A stretch of DNA of 64,000 nucleotides, from positions 435,302,001-435,366,000 of the forward strand of contig JBNRSN020000003.1 in NCBI GenBank assembly GCA_051313645.2, written 5' to 3'. This document shows positions 24,994 to 39,083 of the stretch, in pieces. Under the pieces are notes generated by a model. It was given only the letters and a program-made list of their open reading frames with translations. It was not told the origin of the DNA and searched no databases. Every line of letters starts with the position of its first letter. The stretch's first letter is position 1. Origin of the DNA: Centroscyllium fabricii. Taxonomy: Eukaryota. A program made the position numbers and the translations under genes.

Positions 24994-25520
24994 GGGGTAG
25001 AAATTCTCTGCATTGCACCAGTTTTGGGGCATAAAACATACCAATTTAGCAATGTGCACCTGCACTGGTCCCACTGCTAAATATGTGGAGCTCCAGTTTT
25101 ACGTGACTCCTTGACTATGTAAATAAGGGCCTCAACACCTGTTGAGGACCCCTTTCAGAAACTTGTCTCCGATGAATGTGGCAGGCGTCAATGCTTGCCC
25201 CACTCAGGAATCTTCAGTGTTCCCAGTGGCCACCGGAAGGTAGGTTGTGAAATTCTACTAATTAAAAAACGTTCCTGTGGAGCCACGTTTGTCCCCCGTC
25301 CCACCCGTAGCCCGCTCCAACTCCCTCCCCCCCCCACCCCCAATCTCGGGATTTACCAGTCTTCGCTTGGGCGAGTAGCCTTTCGGAGCCGTGACCAGTG
25401 CGGGCAGCTTGCGCCAAATATACTGAGGAGGCCAGAGGTTCAGTTTCTTTCGATCTTTGGCCCTCTTGCTTCAGGCATGCACTGATTGTGCAGTTCTGAT
25501 TCTCGACTAATTTCTACCCC
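24994..25520. mobile_element. Old Harbinger-type MITE; duplicate at 35689-36215
   Basis: Perfect 12-bp TIR GGGGTAGAAATT / AATTTCTACCCC. The TSD is not preserved. Confidence 0.65.
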
Positions 25521-25880
25521 ACTGCACTAAATCCCACTTTCCTTCGGGCGATCAGGGCTAGGGAAGGCTGAAGGCTTATTTGAGGTGCCTGGGGGGAGCA
25601 CTCCAGCTCCTCCTGGCATACAAGGATTGCTGAGACAGCTACTTACCTTGGCAAGCCGACAGCTCCTGCCTCCATTTCAGTGCAGGGTTTCCCGACCTCT
25701 TGGAAACCCATGCAGCAGTAGTAAATTTCAAATTGAGCTCCCAATTGTGCTGTGGGAGCCAGATTTAAATGTTAATTAAGCGTCCCACCTCTCCATGGCG
25801 GGACACTCAGATGCCCCGATATCTGCCGCTATAATAATGATGGCTGGCGCTTGTGCAGCAGATTAGGGTCGTGTTCCGCA

Positions 25881-26125
25881 CTTTTCACTTTTCCAAAGAG
25901 TGGTAAGAATGTGGAACTCGCTACCATAAGGAGTAGTTGAGGCAAATAGCAGAGTTGCATTTTAAGGGGAAGCTGGATAAGCATGAGGGCGAAAGAAATA
26001 GAAGGATATGCAGATAGGGCTGGATGAAGAGAGGTGGGAGGAGCCTCGTGTGGAGCATAAACACTGGCATGGACTATTTGGGCTGAATGGCCTGCTTTTG
26101 TGCTGTAAACTTTATGTTACTCTAT
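25881..26125 (+). mobile_element. CR1 3' end; duplicate at 36576-36820
   Basis: agagtggtaagaatgtggaactcgctacca...ttgggctgaatggcctg is the CR1 C-terminus plus tail stem. Confidence 0.8.
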
Positions 26126-26485
26126 GTTCACTTGTTGGGCACTTAATTCAAAGAAAAACAACATGTTTCAATTTACACCCCTTGATGTAATAATGATTGT
26201 GAAATGGTCAAAACAGTCATCAATGTCACTTCATGAGAATCAATCTCCCATTTGTACTACCATGACAGGGCAGCCACATCATCCAGCGCTGGGGTGGGGG
26301 GACAGAGGAAGTCATCAGTTTTCCCATCCCAGATCCCTGCCCAGAGATTGTCACAGTAAAATGTATGGCCATCAAGTGAGAATAGGATTGGGTTCAATGA
26401 TGATGCCATTTCCCCTTCCCCTCCTGAGGAAAGTCTTGCCTCCTTCCTAGGATTATATTTCCATGGGCCATCACATTCTTGTACC

Positions 26486-26685
26486 NNNNNNNNNNNNNNN
26501 NNNNNNNNNNNNNNNNNNNNNNNNNNNNNNNNNNNNNNNNNNNNNNNNNNNNNNNNNNNNNNNNNNNNNNNNNNNNNNNNNNNNNNNNNNNNNNNNNNNN
26601 NNNNNNNNNNNNNNNNNNNNNNNNNNNNNNNNNNNNNNNNNNNNNNNNNNNNNNNNNNNNNNNNNNNNNNNNNNNNNNNNNNNNN
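26486..26685. other. Assembly gap (200 N)
   Basis: Run of exactly 200 N. Confidence 0.99.
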
Positions 26686-29600
26686 CACACAAGGGTAGGC
26701 ACTTGGGTGTTTTAGCCAATGTACATGTAAAGCTTCTTTTAATGTGGTGTCAAACAGTGAAAACTTTATTTTCAACACTTTGTATTCTTGGACAGATTTG
26801 TGTGCACCTTTGGAAGTGGCTTAGTGAGTTGCAGTGAATGGTGAGACATAACGGTACCCCCGCAATGGTGATGAGTGTGAAAGGAATGGCATTGTAGGGA
26901 TGCTTTATGCTGTGGGTGTGGGGTAGTGCCAACCTGACGCATCATGTGGCAGCCAGGGTGTACAGCATCAAAGTGAAGTAAATCTGGCTTGGCAAGGCCA
27001 TCCCTGGCCTCCCAGGCAGCAATGGGGTCAGGTGCTGATGCCCTGTGGCCTGTGCAGCATCAGGTGATTGTGGAGAAGGTTGGTGTTATTGTTGGTGCTG
27101 CTGGTGTGCCGGTGTTGGGGCCGATCGTGGTGGGATTCTGAGGGCCAAGGTGAGAGAGTTTCAAGCACACCTATGCTGATGGAATAGATGGTAGGTGAAG
27201 TAGAGATGACAGAAGCGATCTGTCAATGGTGGGAGAGGTAATGAGGTCAGACTGGATGGAGACTTGTGTAAAGACTTGCAGCATCCTGAATCTGTAGTGG
27301 AAATGCAGTTTAGAGAAGCGAGTGGTTACGGGAACATATCTCAATCAGCTGGGAGCTTGGACTTGACATTTGAAGCCGTCAACTAATCAACTGGTTCAAT
27401 GGCCACTGACCTCCCGCCTCCGCATCACAGACGAGGTCTCGGCACAGCGGGAAACGGTGGGCAACCTGTCAAAAGCTGTGAAAAAAATTGATAAGTGGCT
27501 GTAAATAAGCCACTAATAATTTTAATTGCCTCTCCCGCCGCTGTGTGTTGGGTCTGCTCAGTGCCGACAGTCCCGACATTTGGTCAAGGCGTGTGGCTGC
27601 AGGTTCACAGCGGGGTCCTGACCCGCTGGGGAAAAAAAAAAACCGTTCCCACCCAAACCGCCACTAACCCCCGCAAAATCCAGCCCAACGAGATGAAAAT
27701 CTCAGCTTTCCCGTTGTGGAGAAAGAGTAAGCAGAGTCTGCAAGTTATCCCGTAGAGAAAAAGGCAAAATCCAGAAGCTGGGGTGGGAAAAAGGAGAGTG
27801 AGAGAGAGGGATGGAAAAGAGAGAGAGATGGAAATGAGAAAGAAAAGGATGGAAATGAAAGAGAGAGAGAGAAAAATAAATGAGGGGGGGAGAAAGAAAG
27901 AGAGAGAGAGGGAAGAGAGAGCGAGAGAAAGAAATGAGAGAGGAGGGGGAAGAGAGAGAAAGAAAGAAATGACGGGGGGGGGGGGGGGGGGGAGAATGAG
28001 AGAGGGAGGAACAGAAAGGGAGAGAAAAAAAAAGAACTGGAAAAAAAAGTGAAGAAACACACCCACCCCAGGGCTGCTCGGCATCTCTTTAGCAGTGGGC
28101 TACAAAATAGTACTGGCAAAGTCTCAGTAGAATTGCTGCCCTTTTACTGAGACAGTCTGATCTGGAAAGCTTGAAGGAAATAATTATACACCTTACAACA
28201 ACCACCAAAATGGGGCTGGGGGGGAAACGGACATTTTGTTTCATTTACTGATTGAATCAATTACTGATACAGGTATTTAGGACCTAGTAACAAATGCTTT
28301 TTTCCCCTCAGTTGAAGAGAAAGTTTTAGTAAATATGAAAGATGATGTGAGACCCGTAATTGCTGCAAAATAATAACCCTTCCCAGCCTAAATGAAATTA
28401 GGGTAAAAAAAATCCAAGTTGTTTTATTCAAAACAAAATGTTCTCTGTATTCCTAGGCTACCCATTTTCAAGATACTGTAGCTTTCAAATGTAAGAGGTC
28501 TCACAACACCAGGTTATAGTCCTACAGTTTTATTTGAAACCACAAGCTTTCGGTGCGTTACTCCTTCACCTAATGAAGGAGCAGCGCTCCGAAAGCTTGT
28601 GATTTCAAATAAAACTGTTGGGACTATAACCTGGTGTTGTGTGACTTCTTACATTTGTCCACCCCAGTCCAACACCGGCACCTACACATCATGTAGCTTT
28701 CAAAATAGAGATCAAAATTAAAAAATATTCCAGCTGTGTACTCTGGCTGTTGAGTTCTGCTTTTCATCCAGAACTTTGGTAGCAGGAACCCAGATATGAA
28801 CTGTAAAAGGCAGTGGTCTAATAAGAGCAATCCACGCATTGATTAAACTGAGCTCCACTACAATTTTAGCTCCATCGGTTATGGTTCTTTTTAAATTGAA
28901 ACACAAGCATGCTTCTTTAAGTGTCGGAGGGGAAATAATTGTTGCAATAATTCGGACGTTACTGCAACTTGAAAACAATACTGTCGTATCCCTAGCGATT
29001 AGTACCATTAGGGTTAAACAAAAATTCCTAGTACTGTCTGCTTTAAAAACAATTAAAATAATTTTTTTTGAAAAACTTAGATCATCAACGACATGCAAAT
29101 GTTGGTTCAGAGAACTTTTTCTTTCCCTGTAATTGTACTGGTACCTGTAGTACAAAAATAAAAAGCCTGTCTCAAGCTGAAAATATCATATCTGCTCCCA
29201 ATGAATATATAGGTTTTTAAAATCGTAAAATAATTTGTTTCTTTACAACTGGTAACCTTGTGCCATAGTTAAAAATCATGCCTTTAATTCCCCATAAGTT
29301 GATTTCATCTCATCCTTTGACACGTTCTCAGCTGGAGTTAGAGTAGTCTTAGAGGAACAAGTCAAGCAAGAAGCAAAGCCTGCAGTTGATATAAAATGTG
29401 AGTTGATTTGGTATTGAATGAAAACCCATGCAGATCTATGACCTTGGCAGATGTCTGACCACCACACTTTATTTTTAAAAATGGGCACTTTGTGTGACTG
29501 TGATAGGACAGTTTAAGATGGAGCCATTTAGAGGACGATTCTGTGTCAATAGAATGCTTTATTTAAGGTACTGGCATTAATCACAGCATGGGGGATGGTC

Positions 29601-32600
29601 CATCTTTAAAAAAAACTCTAATAGCCTGGCTAGATGGGAAGAATCCCCATTATAAATTGTGTCAAACATTTGCAGAAAACCTTAAATGTCTTCTCATTAG
29701 CAACAGTGCAAATGAAATGAACGAGGGATAAGCAAAGCAACACAGTAACGGGAGGTAATCAGCGCGAGAGCAATTTATTTTGGGAATTTGTTTAACAGCC
29801 AAAAATTGTCTTCACCGTAGATCAAAAGTTCGTATTTATAAACAAAATGACTAAAATGTTTAAAATGGATCAACCAAAAAAAAGCAGCTTTCCTCAACAA
29901 AATCTCAGTTTGCTCAAGTAGTTTACTCAGCAAAGGGAGTCAGAGGGAAAAAAATCAAGGCATTTACTTTTGACTTTATAGTAAATATGGTTCTGTAAAG
30001 TTGATCTTATTAAAAAAAGGTTTTGAAAAAGATCTCTAAAACAACCCTTCAGCCACCTGAATCAATTTTTGCTACTATGTAGCAGGGTGCTTTACAAAAC
30101 AGTCAGGAATCTCCTGTGCTGTTATCAGGAAATTATTCCTAGGAAACACAAAATTCCTATAAAAAGGCACAGAGACTTCTACAAGCATTAAAACAGTTGC
30201 CATACAGATGTACCTTAGTGTTAAAAAGGGCAAGTCTTAAAATTAAAGGAAAATAACCAGCTTGGAATGGGTTAGCAGAGTCACAATCATCAATTCATTC
30301 TCATACTGTGAGGGAAAGAACAGTTTTAATGCAATGTCATGGGACAACCAGTTTGGAGAATCACTACTTTTCTTTAAAAAATAAACCACCTAATTTGTCT
30401 CTACACAGGAAATTTTTACTTGGGATGAACCATAACACTGATTTTATCCATCCTCTCATGGCAAGTAAAACAATTTGGTCCAGTTCACCACATTAGATTC
30501 CTCATCTTTCCTTTGCCACACCATCGATAATTCTCTCGTCTACATTAATGAGGGAAGTAATTTGTCTGTATTCACCACAATTGTTATCGCGTCTCGGTTG
30601 TGTAATGCAAACAACCATAGTTGGCCACACCACCTTAGGTTTGTGTCACATAACAATAGGGCACATTAACTTGGAGGGGCTGGCTTTCAAGTTGTGGAAA
30701 TATGATAGATCAACAAGAAATATATAAAATTCCACTATTTGGCAAGCCAATGGATCAAAGGAATTTTGCTTGGGTTGGTGTTGAGACCGTCACAAATTTG
30801 CAGAACAATGGTGATGAATGTTGGATCACCAAATTACTAATCTCACCACTGCTGAGTGGAGGCCAGATGTTTCCTTATAAGTGAAAGAGCGAGGAGGAAA
30901 CACACTTCAAGTTAAATGTCATGTTTTTTTATGTACATTACTTAATTTTCTTAATTAATGGTAGCTGCAGTCTTGATCTGAACAAAATCCAGCTCAGATT
31001 TTGTCATCTTTAGAAAAGATGACTTTAGCAAAATCAGTGTCTATAGGGCAACTCTCCCTCATAAAATAAGAAATGATATGGCATGAATGGATATACATAA
31101 GATTATGGCATTCAACTTCGCTTCCCCCACCACATCCTTACAAATGTATATGATCTATCTACAAAAGTTTTTTGTTTGCGAGCACTGCCCAATGGCAGCC
31201 AGACACTACCCCACAGGAAGAGGCATTAAAACTGATTATTGTTCTCCTTAGAAGCTAGAATAGACCTATTGCACAAATGCATTCCCTTGCCTTTCTTTGC
31301 TGAAGCTCATAAGAGGGAACAGAATGGGGGGGGGGGGGGGCGGGGGGAAACAAAAGCCATGGTGAGCTCCAAATTACAGTTTTAAAATGTAAGTTAGACA
31401 GGAGGTAAAAGAAGCCATATGGGAAGAAAACCATTTTTATTGTCTTCCATTCTGAAGTTTCTTTAAATTGAGGCTGCAAACTTTAGGTTTGTAATTGTTT
31501 TAGAAATTTCGGAGGTGAGTGATGACAAATCAGGTAGTGAATCGTCCACACACAGTTCTGAGACAGTGGTTAACAGCTGGTACAAAAGTGCCATTGTAAT
31601 TTGGTTTGTGAACAGATCACCTACCCTCTTGGCCAGATAATGGTATGTTTCTGACTTCATTGCTGTTGATGAATTCCCTGCAACTGCTGAATTATATGTG
31701 AATCATGGAGTCTGTAACAGGATCGAGTAGGAGCTGTGCCCAATCTAGTTGTTGCTCATAAACAGAGCACATCAGACAACAGCCAGTCCAAATAGAATCA
31801 GACTTCTCTCTCTCGAAATTTTATGTCAATTGCCCATTCGATATTGAGCTTGGTTTCATAAAGTAACAGGTTAACAAATCAATGGTGTTCTTATATGGTG
31901 AAATCTGGCCCACAAGATCATGTGTATAAGCGCCTCCTCTAATTTACAATTCATTTCAAAATATTTCTGAAAGATAGAGCAGCACATCAATCCCTCTTCA
32001 ATATTTAAGGGGCATAAAAACCATGAATAACAGTGCAATTCATGCACAATATTTTACACTGTTCAAGAGGATAGGTTATTCATACACCTGGTCAATTGAG
32101 GTCAACTCTTGTAACTAATCCAAGTTCCAAGATAAACTTTAACACAATCTAGCACTGCGGCAAATAAGATTCAATCTGAAATTTTAAGTTGGAGGGACAC
32201 CTACTATTTTCAAAATCCAAATGTTATAAAGAATTATGATTAACTTTCTTCTTGTTTTATTCCACCCTTGAGTGTTTCAGCTGTGGCTCAGAGGGTAGCA
32301 CACTTGTCTCGGAGTCAGAAGATTGTGGGTTCAAGTCCCACTCCAGGGACATGAGCACATAAAGCTAGGCTGACACTCCCAGTGCAGTGCTGAGGGAGTG
32401 CTGCACTGTCAGAGGTGCCGTCTTTCGGATGAGACATTAAACCGAGGCCCCGTCTGCGCTCTCAAGTGGACGTAAAAGATCCCTTGGCACTATTTCAAAA
32501 AAGAGCAGGGGAGTTATCCCCGGTGTCCCAGACAATATTTACCCCTCAATCAACATAACAAAAACAGATGGAATTTATCACATTGCAGTTTGTGTGCGCA

Positions 32601-35600
32601 AATTGGCTACCGCGTTTCCCACATTACAACAGTGACTACACTCCAAAAAAGTACTTCATTGGCTGTGAAGCGCTTTGAGACTTTTGGTGGTCATGAAAGG
32701 CGCTTTACTTTATAAATGTAATTCTATCTTTCTTTCTTTCTTTCAACAGCAAACACCGAATTGGTAACATCACGGGGAAGGGGTTCTGGCTTGAAGGTAT
32801 TGATGGCTTGTGTGGTAGTTCAACTCCATTGTATTGTCAGGCTCAGAAACAAGCTAGCTGAGATTGCAATGGTCATTAGTCATAATTCTTTGCAAAAAGT
32901 TTGCTAAAAAAAATGGTTGCAATAGTGAGCTACCCTCTAAATAACAGCATTAACTGGCACAGTCGGTCACAAAAAAGGTCAAACTTTTGAAAATCAAGGT
33001 GTGGTAGAAGATAGAATACGGGTTTATGTCTACAACTCTCCACAGTAAGTTCTTGACCAAAGCCATACAGCAAAGGGAGGTGCAGAACAGAGACAAGGTG
33101 CTCACTCTCCTGACCATTGGGACAGGAATTAACCATGGTTTGCATCACTATGGTCTGCTCTGGTTTCTCTTCGGATAGCAGGAAAAGCATCAACAGAGGC
33201 TTGGCTAGAAAACTGTGTGCAACACGGAGCAGGATAGTAGATACATTTCTGGACATAATAATTTGCATTTTTCCCCCTTCTCTAGGCTTCCCTTACCCAT
33301 AATTTGACAATGAGGACAGTCAAGTGATCAGTTCACAGTCTTATGTCAATATAGCTATGGACTGGTCACTAAGAGATGTGTGAAAGTAGCTATGGTACAT
33401 TAGCTGCAAATTTCCCCTTCCTGCAAGGTAATAAATGGCTTTTACTCCCTGCTTCCAATGATAACCAATGCCAGGAATTTGTGTATAGAAACACTGGTGC
33501 CAACCATGGCCTTACCACGTCATTGCACAATGTGTTAAAATGGGACCCAAGCAAGTTTCTTACTGTTCCCAATCAGAGACTAGAAAATCAAATAAATCAA
33601 AAAGAGCTCCAATATTATGCCTTGAAAAATAGCTTTCAGCTGAAATGCCATGCTGCTATGTTATATCTGCAGGTACAGTTCCACTGTGTAATTTGTCACG
33701 ATAAATAGGTTTTTTTCTTCTGAGACTCTCGCTTCCCCATCTCAATCTGTTGACATTTTTGACACTATGCCAATTGCCGTAAGTTGCACAGTTATAAAAA
33801 CTGCAGCATACATGTTCAGTTTAGAAACAGAGTGGCATCATTTGTTTGTCTAAGGAAGTCAGGGAAAAACAAGGTACACAAGGGGGAAAAGCAGTTTTAG
33901 CAAACACTGTATATATAATAAGTCACGTGGCAGTATAATGAGTCAGGGACTAAGCAGGAGCATTACATCTTATTCAAAGAGCCCAAATTTTTGAAAGTTA
34001 ATCTGGATCCTTTAGGCCATGCTGTGATTTCCATTAGATTATTCACTGTTTTACAGATTGTAGCAGGATGCTACAAGAGAATTACGTACTACGCAACAAT
34101 TTTTAAGTAGTGCTTAAAAAAACCACACAGAATGGCAATAAAGCCTAGAAGGAAAAATCATTTTCTTTATCGATTCGCTGGATGAGTTTGATGTTCCAAT
34201 CTCTGTCATTTTGCGAATGACACATAATTACTATCAGTGAACTTCACTGGTAACTGTAGGGTTAATGCTAGCTACCATGTACTGAGCCAAGAAAAACGAA
34301 TTAAAGAGAACTGATGTGAACATATTGAACTGAAACATTAGACTTACTTTATATATATTTTATTTAAACACAATAACCAGTCTCTTCCTGCATATAGAAA
34401 GTTTACTTAAATTATTTTTTTCTCTTTACCAAACATTGAAAGAAAAATTCATATCGTCTCCTATTTGAATCTGACCCCAACTACTTCTTAAAATGAAAAT
34501 ATACCGCTGCTCGATCAGCTTTCCTTGATTGCTCAGTGTTCTGCTTGCTGTAGTTCAAAAAAAACAAATCGTTTTGTACACTGTATCACTGCGTTCCATT
34601 TAGCCCTCACTGTAGGAGGCCAGACTGCAATGTCAGCCTCAGAGAATCTGAAGAAAGTCTACCCAGAAAGGGGTGAAGAGAAGAAATTGGAGGCAAATGG
34701 GCCGTGAACTAAACCATCATGTAGAGCTATCGATGCTGATAACATTTATTCAATCGCCTGATATTGTTGAGCTTGGCCTGAATGAAGTCTTTCAGGGTGC
34801 TGCATGAAGTTAAAGCAAGTAAATTTCTATCTTTTTCTGCATTAGCTGCCTCATTGCCCTTCAATCGGCCTCACAAAAGCAGAAAATGGTTATACCATCT
34901 GCTTTCAATTCTCTGTAGCCAAATGTTCTTGTTGCGCCACTGCACACATTCAGAACAGTTCCCCTCCCCACCCCAGCAGCCCCCCCCCCCCTCCCCGCCA
35001 CCATCACCACCAAGTATTAGCCTGCGGGCATGCCTAGAGCCCCGCTGCAAAGTAAATAGGCCTGATCAAAGAAGTTTGTGTTCATCAAAATAAAACATTT
35101 TCTTTTTAAACTCTGATTTTAAGACCGATTACAATTGGGTTGATAAAAATATAAACAATTTAATTCCACCCCCTCACCCCAATAAGTGTTACAAAAATCA
35201 CTAGACCTCGAAGCAACACAGACAAGGGCAGCAAAAGCAGCAGTTTCTTCAATTAAACAGGAACATAATTGTGTTAATTTGTACTTGTAGGACATGTATG
35301 ATTAGCTATTAATTAGAACTCTTCCAAATGTATAACTGTCAATTGCTTTTAATCTAAAAAAAATCCAAGCCAGTATGAATTAAAAAAACGATATTTACTG
35401 AAAGATCCCCAGGACTCAAGTTGCTGCTCTCTGGTAGTTACCAACAGTTCCCTATCACTAGGAAAGAAATAGCTTTGATTAGACCAGGAGTTATAGAAAA
35501 GTTAAAAAATCATAATTATATGTATTTAGGGTGTGCCATGAAAGATTTCTTAAATTTTACAATTATTTCTAGCAGCACAAATTCAGACTACCTGTTGATC

Positions 35601-37180
35601 TCACACCAGGACTAATTAGAATTGAACTACTGCACAAGAAACTGTTTACCAATTTCCTGTTCCAGCTCGACCTAGCTTGTTTCATGTTGGGGTAGAAATT
35701 CTCTGCATTGCACCAGTTTTGGGGCATAAAACATACCAATTTAGCAATGTGCACCTGCACTGGTCCCACTGCTAAATATGTGGAGCTCCAGTTTTACGTG
35801 ACTCCTTGACTATGTAAATAAGGGCCTCAACACCTGTTGAGGACCCCTTTCAGAAACTTGTCTCCGATGAATGTGGCAGGCGTCAATGCTTGCCCCACTC
35901 AGGAATCTTCAGTGTTCCCAGTGGCCACCGGAAGGTAGGTTGTGAAATTCTACTAATTAAAAAACGTTCCTGTGGAGCCACGTTTGTCCCCCGTCCCACC
36001 CGTAGCCCGCTCCAACTCCCTCCCCCCCCCACCCCCAATCTCGGGATTTACCAGTCTTCGCTTGGGCGAGTAGCCTTTCGGAGCCGTGACCAGTGCGGGC
36101 AGCTTGCGCCAAATATACTGAGGAGGCCAGAGGTTCAGTTTCTTTCGATCTTTGGCCCTCTTGCTTCAGGCATGCACTGATTGTGCAGTTCTGATTCTCG
36201 ACTAATTTCTACCCCACTGCACTAAATCCCACTTTCCTTCGGGCGATCAGGGCTAGGGAAGGCTGAAGGCTTATTTGAGGTGCCTGGGGGGAGCACTCCA
36301 GCTCCTCCTGGCATACAAGGATTGCTGAGACAGCTACTTACCTTGGCAAGCCGACAGCTCCTGCCTCCATTTCAGTGCAGGGTTTCCCGACCTCTTGGAA
36401 ACCCATGCAGCAGTAGTAAATTTCAAATTGAGCTCCCAATTGTGCTGTGGGAGCCAGATTTAAATGTTAATTAAGCGTCCCACCTCTCCATGGCGGGACA
36501 CTCAGATGCCCCGATATCTGCCGCTATAATAATGATGGCTGGCGCTTGTGCAGCAGATTAGGGTCGTGTTCCGCACTTTTCACTTTTCCAAAGAGTGGTA
36601 AGAATGTGGAACTCGCTACCATAAGGAGTAGTTGAGGCAAATAGCAGAGTTGCATTTTAAGGGGAAGCTGGATAAGCATGAGGGCGAAAGAAATAGAAGG
36701 ATATGCAGATAGGGCTGGATGAAGAGAGGTGGGAGGAGCCTCGTGTGGAGCATAAACACTGGCATGGACTATTTGGGCTGAATGGCCTGCTTTTGTGCTG
36801 TAAACTTTATGTTACTCTATGTTCACTTGTTGGGCACTTAATTCAAAGAAAAACAACATGTTTCAATTTACACCCCTTGATGTAATAATGATTGTGAAAT
36901 GGTCAAAACAGTCATCAATGTCACTTCATGAGAATCAATCTCCCATTTGTACTACCATGACAGGGCAGCCACATCATCCAGCGCTGGGGTGGGGGGACAG
37001 AGGAAGTCATCAGTTTTCCCATCCCAGATCCCTGCCCAGAGATTGTCACAGTAAAATGTATGGCCATCAAGTGAGAATAGGATTGGGTTCAATGATGATG
37101 CCATTTCCCCTTCCCCTCCTGAGGAAAGTCTTGCCTCCTTCCTAGGATTATATTTCCATGGGCCATCACATTCTTGTACC
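26686..37180 (+). repeat. Direct duplicate of 15991-26485 (10,495 bp, offset 10,695)
   Basis: Every ORF in the track recurs identically at +10695, and both copies abut the N gap. Confidence 0.97.
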
Positions 37181-38611
37181 TCAATGTAGCCATTTTCCCG
37201 CGACAATATTTGTCTGTAGACTATTCGATCACAGGAGGCATCACTGCTGAACCCATTCCTGATCCCAGATAGGTATACTTCCACCAGCAATGTCTGCAGA
37301 CTTATCAGAAGAAGGACACTGGTTGATTTTCAGCTCCCCAACCGAGGCCAGAAAGTTCAAGGCCAGCTGCAGTGTTCCTGCAGCCTCATCTGCAAGGCTG
37401 AGCCAAAGTCAGATATCAATTGAGGATGGTGATCAACGCAGGACTGCTTTGAGAGTTCAATAGTCTACCATTAGAGCTCAACTAGCTGAGCAATCATGAC
37501 AGCATCCTTAAACCTATTAATGGGTTAATGCTTCCGTCAAAATAGCAGACCAAAGGAATTTATACGCTGCTATCACAGAGTGCAATTTCACTATATTGCA
37601 ACGCAGACGCTTTCATATTGCCAAGTATTAAAATTGTTAAAATAAATACCGATACCACCTTTTCATCAAATCACACTGCACAAAAGAAGCCCGATAAGTG
37701 TCACCAGCAACAAAAAAAAGAAGTGAAAATCTGTCATTTTCCCTATATTAGAGAGTATTGCACTCTAATGTGTTTCAAGGCAATAAAACATCTCAAGGTT
37801 GGGATGATGTTAAACCATCCAAGCTTCACTCTTGTGCTCTGTGCCATCACCTCAACTCAGAGATGCAGTCACCGTCTTGTAACATATTCCAGGCGGTGCA
37901 TATAAACACAAATACACTTCTTAAACCAAATGCTTTGCCGTTAATTTTTAAAGTGTGGCTGCACAGATCCACAAAGTGCAGCACACAGATGTAAAAACTT
38001 TCCTTAAATGTTTAATAATCAAAAGACAATATGTTACATCATTTGAGGTCAGCTTTAACCTTGTAAAATTTTCAAGCAAAGTTTCCTTACATCAACATGT
38101 ATTTCCCTCCAGATTATATAAAACCTATCAGTAGCTTCCCCCTCTCCAATATAAATGAGTAAACATGCTAGTAAAATCAGATAAAAGCCTGTAGTGAAAA
38201 CATGAAAATGGCTAATGGCAGTGGAAAAGCCAGTCTATTGGCTGCAACTGCATGGAAAATTGTATTAGTTCATGACCTTCGATCAAACAAGACCCTACAT
38301 TTCACAATGAGAGAAACCACTGCTGCAAGCTGCCAACTTTGAAGCGCTCCTCTGTGAATGTGGCTCATCTGTCTAATTGCTTCTTTATTGTTTCGATGTG
38401 ACATTGTATTGTACAATGTCACATAGAATGTTTCCCTCCCCATTGATCTCAGCAGCAATAAAAAGCTTTAAAACACAGATGATAATACTACCAGGGCTTG
38501 GCCTTGCCATTCCCCCCTACCCCCATGAAATTTCAAATTATGGGTCACACACATAACACATTATAAGCTTAATGGCATATTTGAGAGTATTTCAATGTCA
38601 TGAAATATTAC

Positions 38612-38642
38612 CTTGGGGTTTTCCAGGATCCCAGACTCATAG
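38612..38642 (-). CDS. ASS1: Argininosuccinate synthase micro-exon (31 bp): (S)YESGILENPK
   Basis: cccacag|CTATGAGTCTGGGATCCTGGAAAACCCCAAG|gtaata. It matches human SYEAGILENPK and its phase joins the 71-bp exon. Confidence 0.97.
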
Positions 38643-38769
38643 CTGTGGGAAAACATAAAAATCGAACAAGTAAACAACAAGAATAATATTTACTGGGAAA
38701 GAACCAGACTATATTAAGATGGCAAGAATTTGAAATGAGTAAATTACTCAGCAGAGATTAAAATAAAAA

Positions 38770-38980
38770 TGAATGCTGGAAATCTGGAAAGAACAGAAAA
38801 TTGCTGGAAATACACAGCAGGTCTGTTAGTATCTGAAAAAGAAAAGAACCAGTCATATTTTAGGTAGAGTCCAATTAGCAGACAGGTTTTGACAAAGGAT
38901 CTCCACTCAAAATGTTAAATTGTATTTTCTCTTTCAGATACTGATGGACCTGCTGTGGAGCTCCAACATTATGATTTTTT
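38770..38980. mobile_element. Decayed palindromic Penelope-derived element in the short ASS1 intron
   Basis: tgctggaaatacacagcaggtctg...cagatactgatggacctgctg...ctccaaca inverted arms around a degenerate ttgacaaagga...tcaaaatgtt core. Confidence 0.6.
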
Positions 38981-39012
38981 TCAACTACACCATTCAGTGT
39001 TCAGCTTCTTAC

Positions 39013-39083
39013 CTGATGTGCATGATGTTAGCATCCATACTCCAAGGGCTTTTGGGAGTGACGGGAACAGGGATACCATGTGC
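39013..39083 (-). CDS. ASS1: Argininosuccinate synthase coding exon (71 bp): AHGIPVPVTPKSPWSMDANIMHI(S)
   Basis: The minus strand reads ttacag|GCACATGGT...CACATCAG|gtaaga. The translation matches human [24 protein letters not shown], and the length equals the human 71-bp exon. Confidence 0.97.

Noticed and set aside
26257-26837. ORFs spanning the N run
   Set aside because: Artefacts of the gap.
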